The notes beneath the pieces were generated by a model. The model was given only the letters and a program-made list of their open reading frames with translations, made no database searches and was not told the origin of the DNA. Positions 1-14,144 of a stretch of DNA of 64,000 nt are shown one piece after another. The translations under genes and the position numbers were made by a program. Location: assembly GCA_039621445.1 (NCBI GenBank), contig CP154954.1:46975847-47039846 (forward strand), read 5' to 3'. Position 1 is the stretch's first letter; the number at the start of each line of letters is the position of its first letter. The stretch is from Euglena gracilis (lineage: Eukaryota).

Positions 1-5
1 CTGGC

Positions 6-93
6 TTCACGCCCGAACCGGCGTTCTGGACGCCGGTTCGGCGCAGAAATTTCTGCGCCGAACCGGTGTCCAGAACGCCGGTTCGGGCGGGAA
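6..93. repeat. Near-perfect palindrome (about 44-bp arms) of a CGCCCGAACCGGCGTTC repeat family
   Basis: Sequence is self-complementary about AAA|TTT at 49/50 with ~2 mismatches. The same motif recurs inverted at 921-946 and as a second hairpin at ~975-1045. Confidence 0.85.
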
Positions 94-369
94 AACGGCG
101 TCCTGGGGACCGAAAATGAAAAGTGCCAAAAAAGTGTCCAAATGGTTTGTAGACATGAGGCAATCATATCTGAGCACTTTTTGGGGGGTATTTGCCAGAA
201 ATTGGGGTATTTTGTGCAACAATTTCCATTCGGCCAAATCTGGGGATTTTCTGAAATAGAATACCATGCAGCAGGGCTGAAATCTAAGGCCATCTAAAAC
301 CCTTGAGAAGGGTTATGATCAAGGGGCAACATGGCAGGTGAACAGTGGATTTTGGAATTTGCGAAAAGG

Positions 370-780
370 GTCCAAAAATCGTAATTCTGAAAAAACCCAA
401 GGGGAGCTAAAATTTCCTAACCATAATTCTGAAAAACCCAGGGGAGGGTCCAACCAATTTTGAAGGGGGGTCCAGCCAAAATTTCCCAACCGTACTTCTG
501 AAAAAACCCTACGGGGGGCTCCAGCCAATTTTTTTTTCAACCGTGTTTGTGAAGAAACCCAGCCAAAATTTCTGAACCGGAATTCTGAAAAAAGGGGGGA
601 TCAAATCCCAACCATAATTCTGGAAAAAAAACCAGCGGGGTCCAACCGAAAATTCGGCATTGCAAATCTGAAAAAATCTGGGGGGGGTCCAGCCAAAATT
701 TCCCAACTGTGATTCTGAAAAAACCTAGGGGTGGTCCAACCAAAAAAATTTTCCAAATCGTAATTCTGAAAAAAAACCTT
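370..780. repeat. Degenerate tandem repeat array (AATTCTGAAAAAA-CC...GGGGTCCA units)
   Basis: Seven to eight recurrences of aattctgaaaaaa alternating with ggggtcca(a/g)cc. Confidence 0.7.
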
Positions 781-1327
781 TCGATTGATGGGTAACCTGG
801 CATCAGACGGATGAAAACTTCAATCGGCCGATCGACATGGCCATGAGCCCAAAGGATCCCAAAAATGCCCAAAAATGTTCAGAAACTGGGTATTTAGGGC
901 GAAATTGGCCTTTATTCCTTGAACGCCGGTTCGGGCGTGAAGCCAGAGCCCCTAATCCACGGTTTCAACAACTGTGTCCACGCCGGTTCGGGTGTGAAGC
1001 CGTGTTCCAGAACACGGCTTCACGCCCGAACCGGCGTTCTGGACACAGTTTTCGTATCAGATTATTCAGGGATGGATTCACAGGCACAGTCTAAGTTTGC
1101 TCCAAGAAATAGGCCATTTTTGTCACACAGCTGTAATGACAACGTTTGAAACCACCGATGGATGATTTTTCTCATCACGACAGAACCAGCGTCCGCCACC
1201 CCTTTTCTTAAGCTAGCGTTTTTGGGACGCCAGTTCCACAACCAGGCATTTGCTTAAGGGATTGCAGTACCCGGGGGTGCTGGACTACAGCTAGTCCAAA
1301 TTTTGCTACCCCCCCCCCCCCGGAAAC

Positions 1328-1570
1328 TGTCACCTGACAGGTTGGCCAGTACCAGGGACCCTGACAACTTCCTATCATGACAGGTTGGCCGGTACCAGGG
1401 ACCCTGACAGTTTCCCGGGCGGGACCCTGACAGTTTCCCCGGTAGGGCATGTCAATGGAAAGCCAATGAAAAATGACCCTGACAGGTTGGCCGGTACCGG
1501 GGACCCTGACAACTTCTTATACTGCAGGTTGGCCGGTACCGGGGACCCTGACAGGTTCTCAGGCATGACA
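1328..1570. repeat. Tandem repeat CCTGACAGGTTGGCCGGTACCGGGGAC
   Basis: Unit repeated at least four times with variable spacers. Confidence 0.8.
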
Positions 1571-2175
1571 GTCTCCCGGGGGGGGGGGTGGAATTTCTAG
1601 CAGACCCCCCCGGGGGGGGGGGGGTCTGCTAGCAGGGCTAGCTAGTGAGAAAAAAATTTTGGGGCCCCCAAAAATGGCCAAAAAATGCCCGTTTTTTTGG
1701 CCATTTTTTGGGAATTTTTGGAACAAAATCAGCCAAAAACCTATTAAAAACCTCATTTTTCCAGTTTGGGTGGACCCCCGGACCCCCCCCCCCCGGGGGG
1801 GTCTAGCTAGTCCATTTTTTCCAGTGTCCACCCGATTGGCTAGCCAGTACCCCCCCGGGGTCCTTTATATCAAGAATTGTGTCTTAAACGCAGACTCTGA
1901 CCCGAGTCTGCGTTTAAGACGCAGTTATTTAAGGCTGTGTTTATAAAGCAACATGGCTTTGGTCAAAGTCTGTGTTTCTCAACCTCGATGACGGATGGCA
2001 GACTGACGACAGATTTTTTGGGCAAGGCGAAGCTGAATTAGGATCCACTGTACAGATCTGGGACCGCCGGAAACCTCGGAATAAGTCCAGGTACAAACCC
2101 ACCCCTCAATCAAAAGCTCTTTTCATCAGACGATTAGTCATCACCACCAATTCAGCCCCACCGCCTGGTAGGTAC

Positions 2176-2800
2176 CCGCCCCCCCCCCCCTTGTCCACCG
2201 ACCACCCCTATATACCGACCACCCTCCCTGGTCGGGGGTTGCAGGTGACCACCAAAATTTTTCCTCTCATGTGCTTATTGACCAGCTTTTTTCCCGTGTT
2301 TCCTGTCCATTGAGTGTTCGTCATGTTCCCTCCGGGGAGTCCTGTTTTGTTTGAGTGTAGTGATGGCATTGGTCCCTCACCTAATGGGGAGAAATATTAC
2401 CGTTATGAAATTGCACCTTTTTTGGCTTTTGGTTTTGTTTTGGCCCCTAGTGGTACGACCACCCCCCGGTCGGGGGGTGTACGACCACCCCCCCTGGTCG
2501 GGGGTTGCAAGAACCCGTCGGTGGACAAGGGGGGGGGGGGCGGGTACTCTCATTTCATGTCATTGGGAAATCTTAATTTCATAAATTCTTGTATCCCCCT
2601 GGACCCCTCAGGTCGTCGATTCGAACAGAAAAAAACGTTTCTGTGTGGTTCATCATGCATCTTACCCCCCCCCCTAGTCGTACAACCACCCCTCATTTAC
2701 GACCACCCCCCGGTCACAGGTTGCAGGTCATGGGGGTGTTATGACCCCCCCCCTGGTCACAGGTTGCAGGAACCCGGTCATACGACTAGGGGGGGGGGGT
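2176..2800. repeat. Interspersed repeat family (TACGACCACCCC / GGTCACAGGTTGCAGG), copy 1
   Basis: 2670-2800 is nearly identical to 12305-12510; internal sub-repeats present. Confidence 0.75.
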
Positions 2801-3096
2801 AAGCCAATCAGGACCAAAAATCGCCGCAAATTTCAACTCAGATCTGGCCGATCCGACAATCGCGAGCGTATCTCAGGCTGCGTGCAACATATGGGAACCA
2901 AGTTACCCCTCGATCGAAAGCCCTTTTCAACAGACGGCCAGCGGTGGTCATCAGATTTTTCCATGATTACTCTTAATCCAAAACAGGGCCCATTTTCACC
3001 AAAATTGGATATCCACCCCAGTGGTCCCAAAATGTCAAATTTCAAAAAACAAAATTCCCGTTACTACCATGTTCACAACATGCCCTGGCAAAACTC

Positions 3097-3280
3097 GTTA
3101 CCTTAGCCTCCGAGGAGGCTCCTCGGAGCCTGGTTACCTTGAGCCTCCGCGGAGCCCGGTTACCTTAGGCTCCGAGGAGCCTCCGCGGAGCCTGGTTACC
3201 TTAGGCTCCGAGGAGCCTCCGCGGAGGCTCCCCGGAGCCTGGTTACCTTGAGGCTCCGAGGAGCCTCCTCGAAGGTAACC
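3097..3280. repeat. Minisatellite GGTTACCTTAGGCTCCGAGGAGCCTCCGCGGAGCC
   Basis: About five variant units containing internal palindromes. Confidence 0.8.
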
Positions 3281-3789
3281 AAAAAGTTAGGATTCCACTT
3301 TTGCAGTAGACCCGTGCACCGCGGCAGCATTTCAGGTGCGCCACGGGTTTGCCGCGGCAAACACATATGGCATAAAGTGGAGCCCCCACAGTCGAGTGTG
3401 GGGTACTGTGGGGGGTAAGTGTGGGGGGTAAGTGTGGGGTGACAGTGGGGGGGAGTGTGGGGTGACAGTGGGGGGGAGTGTGGGGTGAGAGTGGGGGGGT
3501 TTGTGGGGTGACAGTGGGGGGGAGTGTGGGGTGACAGTGGGGGGGAGTGTGCCAAATCCGAGGAAAGTGGATTTTTTCCCCCTTGCCTTGCACACACAAG
3601 GGGATGATGTTATTTTGGTTCTGGGGGGGGGGTCCGGGGGGGGGGCGGGCCCCCCCCCCCAGGCCGCGGCCGAAGGCCGCGGCGCGACGAGGCCAAAGGC
3701 CGAGTAAGTCAAAAAAATGACACCCGAACAGTTGCGCACATTCAATTTGGGCTTCAAAAAAGAATCAGGCTGTTGCTCACCCATGGTAC

Positions 3790-5551
3790 CAGACATTCAT
3801 TTAGTGTGGTACACCAAGGTTGTCATTTTGTGGTTCACTGTGGACACCACAAAAGTTTTTGTGGTTCACCTGTGGACACCAAAAATTTTTTTGTGGTTCA
3901 CTTGTGGACACCAAAAAAAAATTTGTGGTTCACCTGTGGACACCAAAGTAATATTTGTGGTTCACATGTGGACACCAAAATTTTTTCCACCGCCTGCTGA
4001 CATTTGCATCATTTTCTTTCTCATCAACAGCAATGAAGCAATCTTCTTTGAACATGTTTGACTCAGGCGGTGTAAGTTGGCCAAAAATTCTGGTGCTCTA
4101 AAACAGAAGAGGAAGCGGAAAACCACTTCCAAAAAATGGTCATAGTTTTCGATTTTTTTTGAAGAGGTTCTGATCTTACCTATACAGTCGAAAACAGACC
4201 TAAGAAGGCCAATTTACTTTCGAATTCTAGTAATCAACAAAACCAATCAAGAAGTATATGAACAGGAGGAACCGACAAAAACAAGCGTTGTTTCTGCTGC
4301 CGTAGGCCCCGAAGGAACGAAACAGAAAAATTAAAAAATGGAAGCGGTAAATATTGCATTCCGCTTCAAAAGCAGAAGATGTGCAACAAAAACTGAACAC
4401 AATGAATCATATATAATGTAATGTAAAAAAATATGTATAACGTTTGCACACCAAAAAGGAAGCGTAAAACCGCTTTGAAAGAATCCGTAAAAAAAATAGT
4501 ATGAATTGAAATGATCAACAATGATCACCAAACGATATTCCAATCCCAATAACAACGAAGAACGTTAACATTTATGAAATTTATGAAGATAACAGAAACT
4601 GAACAAATTGAACAGAAATTGAATGTCATTATCCAAAGTGCATAATGCAAATGCGTCAAACCACGTGGAGACAATTGCACGATTTACGAAGGGTAGAACA
4701 GGCGAAATGATACAGACCTTCTGTTCACTTCCCCGTGCGTCACTTGGAAGGACATTTCGACATGACATTGGCGTAAAATCTGCAAAAAAAAACAGAGCAA
4801 ATATGAAGTGGTTATCCGCTTCCTCAGGCTGACATAATACCTTTTAATTATCTCATACGGCCAAACTGCAAAAACCAGAATGAGGCTGACATTTACCCTT
4901 CTGAATGAAAAATTATACTGAATGTGGTCTTTCATTGAATGGGCAAGTTGAAGATCTGACACCACAGCAATGAAGTGGCTTTCCGGCTCCTACCTCAAAA
5001 CAAAGCACATGGCATTGCCGATTTTTCAGGCACTTTTTCAGGCACTCAACTGACATCCCACAATGCCCCACAACGCTCCCAATGTCCACAGCCATGCCAA
5101 AGCCCCACGATAATGTCGCGTGTTTCTGCTTGCATGAAGCGGAATTCCGCTTCATCGACGCCAGTATTTAACTTTTTGATGGTATCCTTGTTGGGTAAGT
5201 TGTCTATACAGCACGTCTGCTTGAGAACTCTCCATAGCAATCTGTCCAATTTCAACTGCCACGCTTCGTGGATTGAGCCGGGGCCAAGGCTCAGAATGTG
5301 GCTGAGGTGTCTGAAGGTCAATCCGCCTTTAGGTGTAAATTTTATTTTTTTTCGATCCTCAATCAATTTTTGTGGACCACAAAATTTTTTGTGGACACCA
5401 CAAAAATTTTTGTGGTTCACCTGTGGACACCAAAAAAAATTTTTGTTGTTCACCTGTGGACACCAAAAAAAGATTTGTGGTTCACCTGTGGACACCAGAA
5501 AAAAAAATGTGGTTCACACGTCTTTTGTGAACCACACTAAATGAATGTCTG
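3790..5551. mobile_element. hAT-like DNA transposon, non-autonomous or degenerate (1.76 kb)
   Basis: 21-bp perfect TIR CAGACATTCATTTAGTGTGGT (3790-3810 / 5531-5551) and 8-bp TSD CATGGTAC (3782-3789 / 5552-5559). Subterminal arrays of TGTGGTTCACCTGTGGACACCA at both ends. No recognisable intact transposase. Confidence 0.85.
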
Positions 5552-5570
5552 CATGGTACTGTAAACCAAC

Positions 5571-5818
5571 AAAGTGGATTTTCTTTCCCTTGCCTTGCAC
5601 ACACAAGGGGATGATGTTATTTTGGTTCTGGGGGGGGTCCGCGGGGGGGGCGCCCCCCCCCCCCCCCCCCGGGCCGCGGCCGAAGGTCGCGGCGCGACGA
5701 GGCCGAAGGCCGAGTAAGTCAAAAAAATGACACCCGAACAGTTGCGTACATTCAACTTGGGCTTCAAAAAAGAATCAGGCTGTTGCTCACCCATGGTACT
5801 GTAAACCAACAAAGTGGA
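5571..5818. repeat. ~240-bp unit (CCTTGCCTTGCACACACAAGGGGAT family), tandem duplicate of 3563-3789
   Basis: Near-identical to 3563-3789 + 5560-5578. Family members also occur at ~61594 and ~62015. Confidence 0.85.
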
Positions 5819-6504
5819 ATTCGGCAATTTCCATTTCACACAAAAAGGAAGTGTGGGGGGTATGTGTGGGGTGACAGTGGGGGGGAGTGTGGGGTGACAG
5901 TGGGGGGGAGTGTGGGGTGACAGTGGGGGTAAGTGTGGGGTGACAGTGGGGGGGAGTGTGGGGTGACAGTGGGGGGGAGTGTGGGGTACCCCACACTACT
6001 GTGGGGTACTGTGGGGGCTCCACTTTACGCCATCTCTTGCGGCAAAAATTCGATTGTGCGCCGCGGAAAATTTTTTTTGCGCCGCGGCTGACTTCGCCAC
6101 AGCGCATTAAATGAAAGTCTGGTCAGGGTTAAATTATCATCTCCAATGGTTGAAATTTTCCTCATCGTTGCTGTATTTGCCTCTATTATTAGTCAACTGG
6201 CCAGTGGCTGCGGCCCCCGAAGCGGAAATTTGCTGGAGATGTGGAATTCATGAACAAATTGATCAGAAGTTTTGTTTTTGAGTCCTGATTCATTCTTATT
6301 GAAGATTTCGGAGTTTTTTTTCTTGAGGATTTTTTTGCCGTCTCACAGCTTGATACTCCTGATTGGAAATGCCTGAGGATTTCATGGGACATCTCTAGAT
6401 CCTCTGTGCTTCCCCTCATACCTCACCATAAGTTGCAAGTTGCCTCACCCCATTGTTTGTTTGGAGATTTTTTCCCTCTGCCAATGATGCACAAAGCCCC
6501 ATTT

Positions 6505-6677
6505 CGGAAATGGGTTGCATTTGGTCACAGATCATCTTTTTCAATAAAAGCTGAATTAATGACAATTATTTGGGTGCACAGTGCATTACACGGAAATGGG
6601 TTGCATTTGGTCACAGATCATCTTTTTCAATAAAAGCTGAATTAATGACAATTATTTGGGTGCACAGTGCATTACAC
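6505..6677. repeat. 86-bp direct tandem duplication
   Basis: cggaaatgggttgcatttggtcacagatc...cagtgcattaca occurs at 6505 and 6591. Confidence 0.9.
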
Positions 6678-9600
6678 ACGCTGAGCCACCCGCATGCACA
6701 TCCCGCGTGCCCCTGTTGAATTTGTCAATGTCCGTTGGTTTGTACAAAATTTGTGTCACCAAATTTCTCAAGCCGGAGGGGACTCTACCATACAATCTTT
6801 TTGTAACTGGCCGACCCCCCCCCCCCAGGGATGGGCAAGGTCTGGCCAAAAGAGCACCAAACCGGAATTTTCTTTTGTGCTGGGTCCAGGCAATTTTGAT
6901 CCGCCCCCGGGAGGATGGGGTGAAGGAAATATGTTGCAAAGATGGCTTGAATACGCGGTGCAGCGTTGTTTGTCATGCCATTTTTTTCAGAGTGGCTGAC
7001 TGGTTTTTGCCCTGGACCCCCCCCCCCCCCGGGGGAAACCACCAAAGTCACCTGGCATTTTTTTCTCAGGTCGTTAGTTAGGGGGGGGGCAGGTCGGCAA
7101 AAAATTGGCCAAAGATGGTGGTACATGGCCATTTTAGGCTGTTTTTGGCCATTCTTGGTTATTTTTAGTTATTTTCAAACATCTTTGGGTATTTTTTGAA
7201 ATTTTTGTTTTTCAATTTTTGGCCGCTTGTAACAATCTTGCACATTTAATCTTTCTGGGTAATTGGAATCTTTTTGGAGTTATTGGCCTTTTTGTGCCAT
7301 TTTTTGGGTGTTTTCGGCCATTTTATGATGATCATCCCAACAAATTACAAAAAATAATTTGGTGCAATTTGGTGCACCTAACCTCGTGGGTGTTTTTTGT
7401 CTTTTTTATAAAAAAAATTGTTTGTTTTTTGGGGGTGGTGCAGGTCAGGGAGGAAGAATGCCATTTTGGAGGTAGTTGGGAGGTGGCATCCATGATGTTG
7501 CATCCCATCACGAGCAGGGTGGCATGCATCCTAAAATCGGTGATTTTTTTGGTCCCAAAAGTGGTCATTTTTCATTTCATTTCATTTTTGGGCCATTTTG
7601 AACAAAAAAAATGGTCTTTGGTTCGAAACTGGTCATTTTTGGTTGATTTTTATGTCCGATATTGGTCTTTTTTTCATTTTTTGAAAGGGAATTTTGTTAG
7701 GATTTTCTTGACCGTCACATTTTTTGGGATGTATTTTGGGCCATTTTTGAAAAACCGGCATGGCAAAAAGGGGGGAGGGGAAACATGAAATTTTTGTGGA
7801 AGGAAACCCCCCAAAAAAACAGAAAAGAATTGTCTTCACCCCACCTTCCATTTGGACAACCAACCCCCTCTTTGGCACCCAACGCAAAATGCATTTTCAC
7901 ACCCAAAAATGGCCAAAAAATCTTGTCCCCTGAAAAGGGTGCCAAAAATTGGGGCATTTCCACACCCAAAAAAGAATTTTTGGCCATTTTTCAAAATTTG
8001 AAAAAATTACCATTTTGGGAAATTCTTTCCAACTTGCGCAATCTCCCCTTTTGCCAATGGGACATTTTTTGGTCAAATATATACGCCAAAAAGCGCCATT
8101 GTTTGGGTCGATTTTTTTTCACCTCAAATCTTGGCATTTCTTTCCATTTTTTGACCATGTCAAAGCAAATTTCCAATGGTTTCAACCAGAAAATTGATGA
8201 AAAGCGACCAAACCGCCACCTACATCAAAAAGCACATGATGAATGAAAAGAAAGGCTGAAGTGGTGAAGGTTGATGCATTGTATGAAAATCGAAGGCTCG
8301 ATTCTCGGGTCACGGGGGGGGTCACAGGGGTAGCACCCCCTTTGAACGTTTCTTTTTTTTTAAAAAAAGCGTCCAAACAATTGCCAATTATGGCTGGACC
8401 CCCCCCGGAAGGGTTGTTTCCCTGGTCGGAGACGAATATCAGTGGGTCGTTTTGCGGGGGGGGGGTGAAGGGGATTCTTTTTCAAAAACACAAGGTGAAG
8501 GCTAGTGTTGTCCCCGGAAAAAAGCAACAACCAGAAAAAAGAAAAATAATAACCCAAAAAATTTCAACCCAAAAAGCTCAAGAGCAAGCTTCAGCATGTT
8601 CTTGCTCAACCGGTTTCTTGTTTGGGGAAGGCTTCGTTACAAGGACATGCCTTTCCATGGCGGTTCTGGAAGGATCAAAGAGGTTTGCTCATCCACACTG
8701 GCCCCAGGGTTGTATGGGAAGCTCCCCAGACATGAGGTAGGTGGTGGGGGGTCACCCCCCCAGGGGGGCACCCCCCCCAGTTTCAGAAGGGGGCCCACCC
8801 ACCCACCCCCCCTCCTCTGTAGCGGCCAATAAAAATACCAAGGGCCAAGGGGTACCTGGGACCCCGGGATTTCGGCTCTCTGGCGAAAAAATTTTGCATT
8901 TTGGCAAATTTTTGCCCAGAAAGTACCCGAAAACGGCATTTTGCACCAGGCCAAAAATCTGCCACCCGGACCACGTCATTGTTTACAGAGGTGGTGTCCC
9001 CGACCCCTGGGCCAGAGGGGGGGGGGAAATGCGCTGCACATTTTCCCGCATTTTTGCGCATTTTTGTCAATTTTTCAAAAAAGCGCATTTTTGCGCATTT
9101 TTTGCCCAATTTTGTATATTTTGCCATTTTTGCACATTTTCCACCCAAATCACATGCTCACCGAATTCTGCCCACATTCAACTGACCCACTTCTGTCTCC
9201 AACGAACCCATTTTCGCATTTTTTTTTCCACCCAAGGGACCCATCTCAAGAAAACCCTTGGGTGATGAGGTGTGGGTACTCATCCAATGACGATGAGGGC
9301 ATTAGTGGTTTCAGAGACCCCACACTGACACGTAACCAAGGCGGGAATCCCACTCCCCTGGTCACAAGTAAGGGCTGACATTGTTGGTTATGGTGAACGG
9401 AGAGTGACGCCTTGGTCATGCATTTTTTGGCCAAAATGCAATTTCAGCTCTTTTTGGTGATTTTGGTTTAATTTTGGGTTTATTGTTGGAAATTTTTCTA
9501 AGTTCTTTTCCCCTTAGGAATGTCACAAACTCAGTGCATTTTTTGCGAATTTTTTGCGCATTTTTTCCGAGGGCCGTCCAGCGCATTTCCCCCCCCCTCC

Positions 9601-12304
9601 CCTGGCAACCCCCTCCCCTGCCCATACATTGAACCCTGCCCCCTGGGGGTCTTTAAAGAAAGTTCCCCCGACCTGGTCAGCCCACCACCAGACCACCAAA
9701 ACAGGCTTTTGCTTGGTTGGGTGCCTCCCCCCCGGGGGGGGGGGGGGGGGCAGTACTAGGAGCAGGCACCTTGCAGCACCCCTTCCGACCCCCCTGGGGG
9801 GGGGTGCCTGCCCACAGCAGGCACCCCCTGCAACCCTGGCGCTGAAGGGTCGCTGGGGGCCCGGAAAAGGCCATTTTCAATGCAATGAAAATTTTCTGGG
9901 TCCCCCCCCCCCCCCCCCCCCGGGGGGTGTGCCTGGGTGCACCCAAGAGCACCCACCCCCCCTCCCCCCCCCCCCGGTCGGTAAAGAAGAGCCTGCACCA
10001 AAATCGTCATGGCCATTTTTCCACGGACCCATTAAGTTGGACCTCAATTCCGCCAAAATTGGTGCAACCTAAATTTTGAAACCTCTGAACCGAAAATCAC
10101 CCCTTTCCATGATGGGTTTTTGGGGTTTTCTTGCCCTGGTCCTGCTGCCCAATGCATGCATTTTGTGCACAGTATGCATACACCTCACAAGCTGACCACA
10201 GCTCGAATCTTCAGGGTGTGGTTTTTTTGCCTGCCAAAGGTCTCCATTTCTGCCCCCTCCATTGCCGCTTGTCCGATTTTCTCAAGTCTTGAAGCCTCAC
10301 ACAGCAGAAAGTTGTGGATTGGTGACAGACGGATCCCATGCAAGCTTGTTCAGGCACTTGCTGATTAGGGAAATGCACAAGCTTTCCTGTGCAGCCCTGA
10401 CTGGACAGGCCTAACGAATGCACAGAACTGACAGTTTGCCAGAAATGTCGGACAGCAGGAGGGGGGGCAGGCCATGATGGAGGAAAGGATTTTCCAAAAG
10501 AAAAACTCCATTTGGGTACTGCATGGTGTGTAAGAGCACAACCCGGCTTCTTTTTAAGATCTTTTTGTGGGTCTTAGCAGAATATTTGTCTGATGAAAGT
10601 TTTTGGCTGCTTATTTGTCGTGTGCGTTCATCTCATATCCATATTTCTGTTTTGTCATAAAGCAGATAGGCTCGCGCCGATTCATGAACAAGCATGGAGC
10701 ACCTTTGGAGGTGACTTTTGTTGACCCGTTTCAAAAAAGGAAGTGGTTGTGAATGTGCCACATATTCTCAGCTTTGATGCTAGTGATGGGCCACAAAGGA
10801 AGCATTTTTTTGCTTTTCGCATCTTTGCATTTTGTATTTCCGCTACCTTTCAAGGATTGCTTTGCTTGTTTGTTCGATCCCCCAAAGACAACCCCATCAT
10901 GGAAAGCCTGGTCCATTCGGCCATTTTGTCGTTGGCAACCCTCGGTGACTGATTGTTTTTGGCCCAAACCCCACCAGGGGGGGGGGGTCGGAGGTCAGAC
11001 CATAGATTCATTTCACCCATGTGATCCCCCGCGCCGGGGGGAGTGCAGTTGGTCTTTTGGAAACAATGAACGTTTTCTCAAGATATTATTGAAAATTGAT
11101 TTTTGACTGTGAATCTCACCTCGGTGAAATGGCAAAATTGAAACTGGGGGAGTTGGGCCTGTGTTCCGCCTTGTTTTGTGGCCCAACCCGGCGGTTTTGG
11201 GATGTTTTCTGTGGGAAAGTCCATTTTTCAAAATGTCGAAAACACAGCAAAATCGAAGGAAGTATCCAGTGCCCAAGAATGAAGCCCTTGGAATGCCCTA
11301 CCTTATAGCATTTTGATTTTCCTGAAAGCTCCACCCGTGGAGAGTCCCAGTGGCCTGATATTAAGTCCCCAGTGATTTGTTTTTCATTTCCCCACTATTT
11401 TGAGGATTATTCGATTTTTTTTTGATTTGAGCCTGAAGTGGCCCGATTGCAGCTCAGAAAACAAGGCCAATGCAATGTTTCCAACAATCCAATGCAGTGT
11501 TTGGAGTTGGATTCCTTAAAATAGCTCACCCCCCAAAATAAAAAAATAATCACAATAATAAAATTGCCGTAGCTAAACTCCCCATATTGGCTTCTGCCTC
11601 AAGCATCGCCTGACGCCATCAGGCAGGTTCCGGGGGAGAAGAACGAGAATGGGAAAATTGTTGTGGAAGAATTCTGGACGCCATTTTTACTAGCAGTATT
11701 TCTGTCCAGGGTCCGTCGAATGAACTTCAAGACAACAGCCGTCTTGGAAATCGATTGACCTTCTTCGTTTTCATTTTTCTGAGTGACCTTTTGTTCCATT
11801 TTGGGCATTTTTGGCGATGTTTAGATTTCTTTAAATTGTTGATCAGACCTCCATTTAGTATGTATCACCAAAAAAATTTTTCCCGTATCACATGTATCAC
11901 AGCCTAAAATCACTTGCATCAAAATGTAATAATGTTTTTTCCCCTTTCTGTTCCGCTTTTCGTCCTTGTTTCTTTGCCTCTCTGCAGACAAATGGTACAT
12001 TTTTCTTGTTATAATGCTTTCGGCAATGTGTTTCGGTTACAACTCGTCTATTCTCCCAGCAAAAGTTTTTCCAATCTGTAGTCGGGGTTATAGTGATTAC
12101 TTCCCCGTTCGCATGTTCAATTCTAAGCACGTTTGCCAAAAATCAATTTTGAAAATGTCCCAAAAACATTCATTTTGAGCACATTTAATTTTTGGGACGT
12201 CCTTTATGAAAAGTGCAATGACAGTGAGCCATTGCCGTCCCCCCTGTGGGAATAGCTTGGGGGGGAGAGCCCGGGGGCTTGGCTCCGCTCCTCCTTACCC
12301 CCCC

Positions 12305-12510
12305 CTCCCCTAGTCGTACGACCACCCCTCATTTACGACCACCCCCCGGTCACAGGTTGCAGGTCATGGGGGTGTTATGACCAACCCCCCCGGTCACAGG
12401 TTGCAGGTTGCAAAAATTTTAACACCACCTTACCTATGACCGCCCCCTCATTTACGACCACCCCCCGGTCACAGGTTGCAGGAACCCGGTCATACGACTA
12501 GGGGAGGGGG
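12305..12510. repeat. Interspersed repeat family (TACGACCACCCC / GGTCACAGGTTGCAGG), copy 2
   Basis: Matches 2670-2800. Confidence 0.8.
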
Positions 12511-14144
12511 GGGTACATGCAAACTTGGCCCCCCTAAAGTTGGCCTTTGGCCCTTTGCACATGGCCGCCAAAATTCTTAACACGCAAATTTGGCCCCCTA
12601 AGGTTGGCCCCCTGGCCTTACCTTCAATCATGGCCCAGGCCAAGCACCCGGGAGGGGTGAGGTAAACCCTCCCCCCAAATAATACCCCCCTCGAGGTCCG
12701 ATTTCCTCCACCAAATTAATACCCCCCCCCACCCAAATCTCGGGCCGACGACCCAGATTTTGACCTGAAAAGTTTTGGTAAAAATAAAAATATCTGACAA
12801 CAAATTACGAAAAGATTCGATTTTTCTTGATTATCTGGCTTCCAAAAATGCTAAATTTTATGAGAAAGTACAAAAAATGACCCCAAAGGGGTGTTTTGGG
12901 TGCTATTTTGGGCCTAACCCCCCCCCCCAAATAATACCCTCCGGGGTTTATTTTTTTCGCTTTAAGTCCCGGCCCGAGGGAGGGGTATTATTTGAGGGGG
13001 TATTATTTCCAAAAAAATTTCGAAGTCTCGTAATATCTTGTCAATGGATTGAGGAATTGTTGTCGCGGAATCCTGTCTTCCGCGTTTTGAAGGTTCCCTT
13101 TGGAAGGAGGCATTTGACAGCAAGAAAACTTTTGGATTCATCACAATTAAGGACATGGCACTTCCATGGCATTTCCACCGGGGGTCAGGCGTCTGTGAAG
13201 GATCAGTTGGCAGCGTCATCCAGCACAATGTAAGATTTCGTTCCATTCTTCTCTTATCCTGTCCAATAAATTTAAAAATAACGGCTGAGAAGTTGCTGAC
13301 AAAAAAAGAGAAAAAACATATGGCAGCCGGGGACCGCCCAAAGAAAAAACCCGTGCATGCCCAAAAAAAGATGGCAGGGACCTGCCTTTTGGCAGACAGG
13401 TCAGCGCCACGGAAGTGGGGCTGGAGCACCATGGGAACCTGAGTTCCTCAAGCTGGGAGCTGGGTGAACGCCATCTTATGCTTGTCTGAAAATTTTTCAT
13501 CTTGTAAATTTGTGCTTCACAACTTTTATTATATCTTTCACCAAGGAAAATTTGTGTATCACATATGTATCACCAAATTTTTTTTAATGTATCACATGTG
13601 TATCACCAAAAAAATTTCAATGTATCACATATGTATCACCAAAATAAAATTAATGTATCACAGATACGTTGTGATACGCACTAAATGGCGGTCTGTTGTT
13701 GATTCATGAAACTGAAATTCCTGAAACAAGACAATTGGGATTGTATCTGTCTGTTTGAACAGCTGCCAAATCGCCCCTCAATCGAAAGGTTCTTTTATCT
13801 GACAACCAGCAATGGCAACTAAATTTGGCCACATTGTACAGAATTCTTATTCTGGAAATTTGAAGTTTCAGAAAATGAAATGGCATATCTTATTTTCAGC
13901 CAGTTGTCAGCCCGGAATAGCCAGATCATCCATCTGATGGCAAGTTTTGTCTCTGTCAGTCCAAAATGCTTCCGAATCCCATAGGACCCAAAATTTCGAA
14001 AAAATCAGAATCCGAAATGTCCAAAATTTCACAAAGATATCCCAATTTCACAAGCAACAAATTTCAATCTCTTTGAAATCGACCTGACCCTAAAACTAAA
14101 CGGGCACTGTCTTGGAAATCAACTGACCTAAACAATTTCTATTC

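Larger units (their letters stand above)
3367..6033. mobile_element. Non-autonomous TIR element with G-rich 23-bp minisatellite arms, split by later insertions
   Basis: 26-bp inverted repeats atggcataaagtggagcccccacagt (3367-3392) / actgtgggggctccactttacgccat (6008-6033), 1 mismatch. AGTGTGGGGTGACAGTGGGGGGG arrays at ~3395-3550 and ~5850-6000. Confidence 0.6.

Noticed and set aside
3829-3985. Regularly spaced 22-bp repeats resembling a CRISPR array (also 5370-5520 and 14350-14470)
   Set aside because: Spacers are only ~10-bp A/T runs or absent, there are no cas genes, and the arrays are transposon subterminal repeats in eukaryotic DNA.
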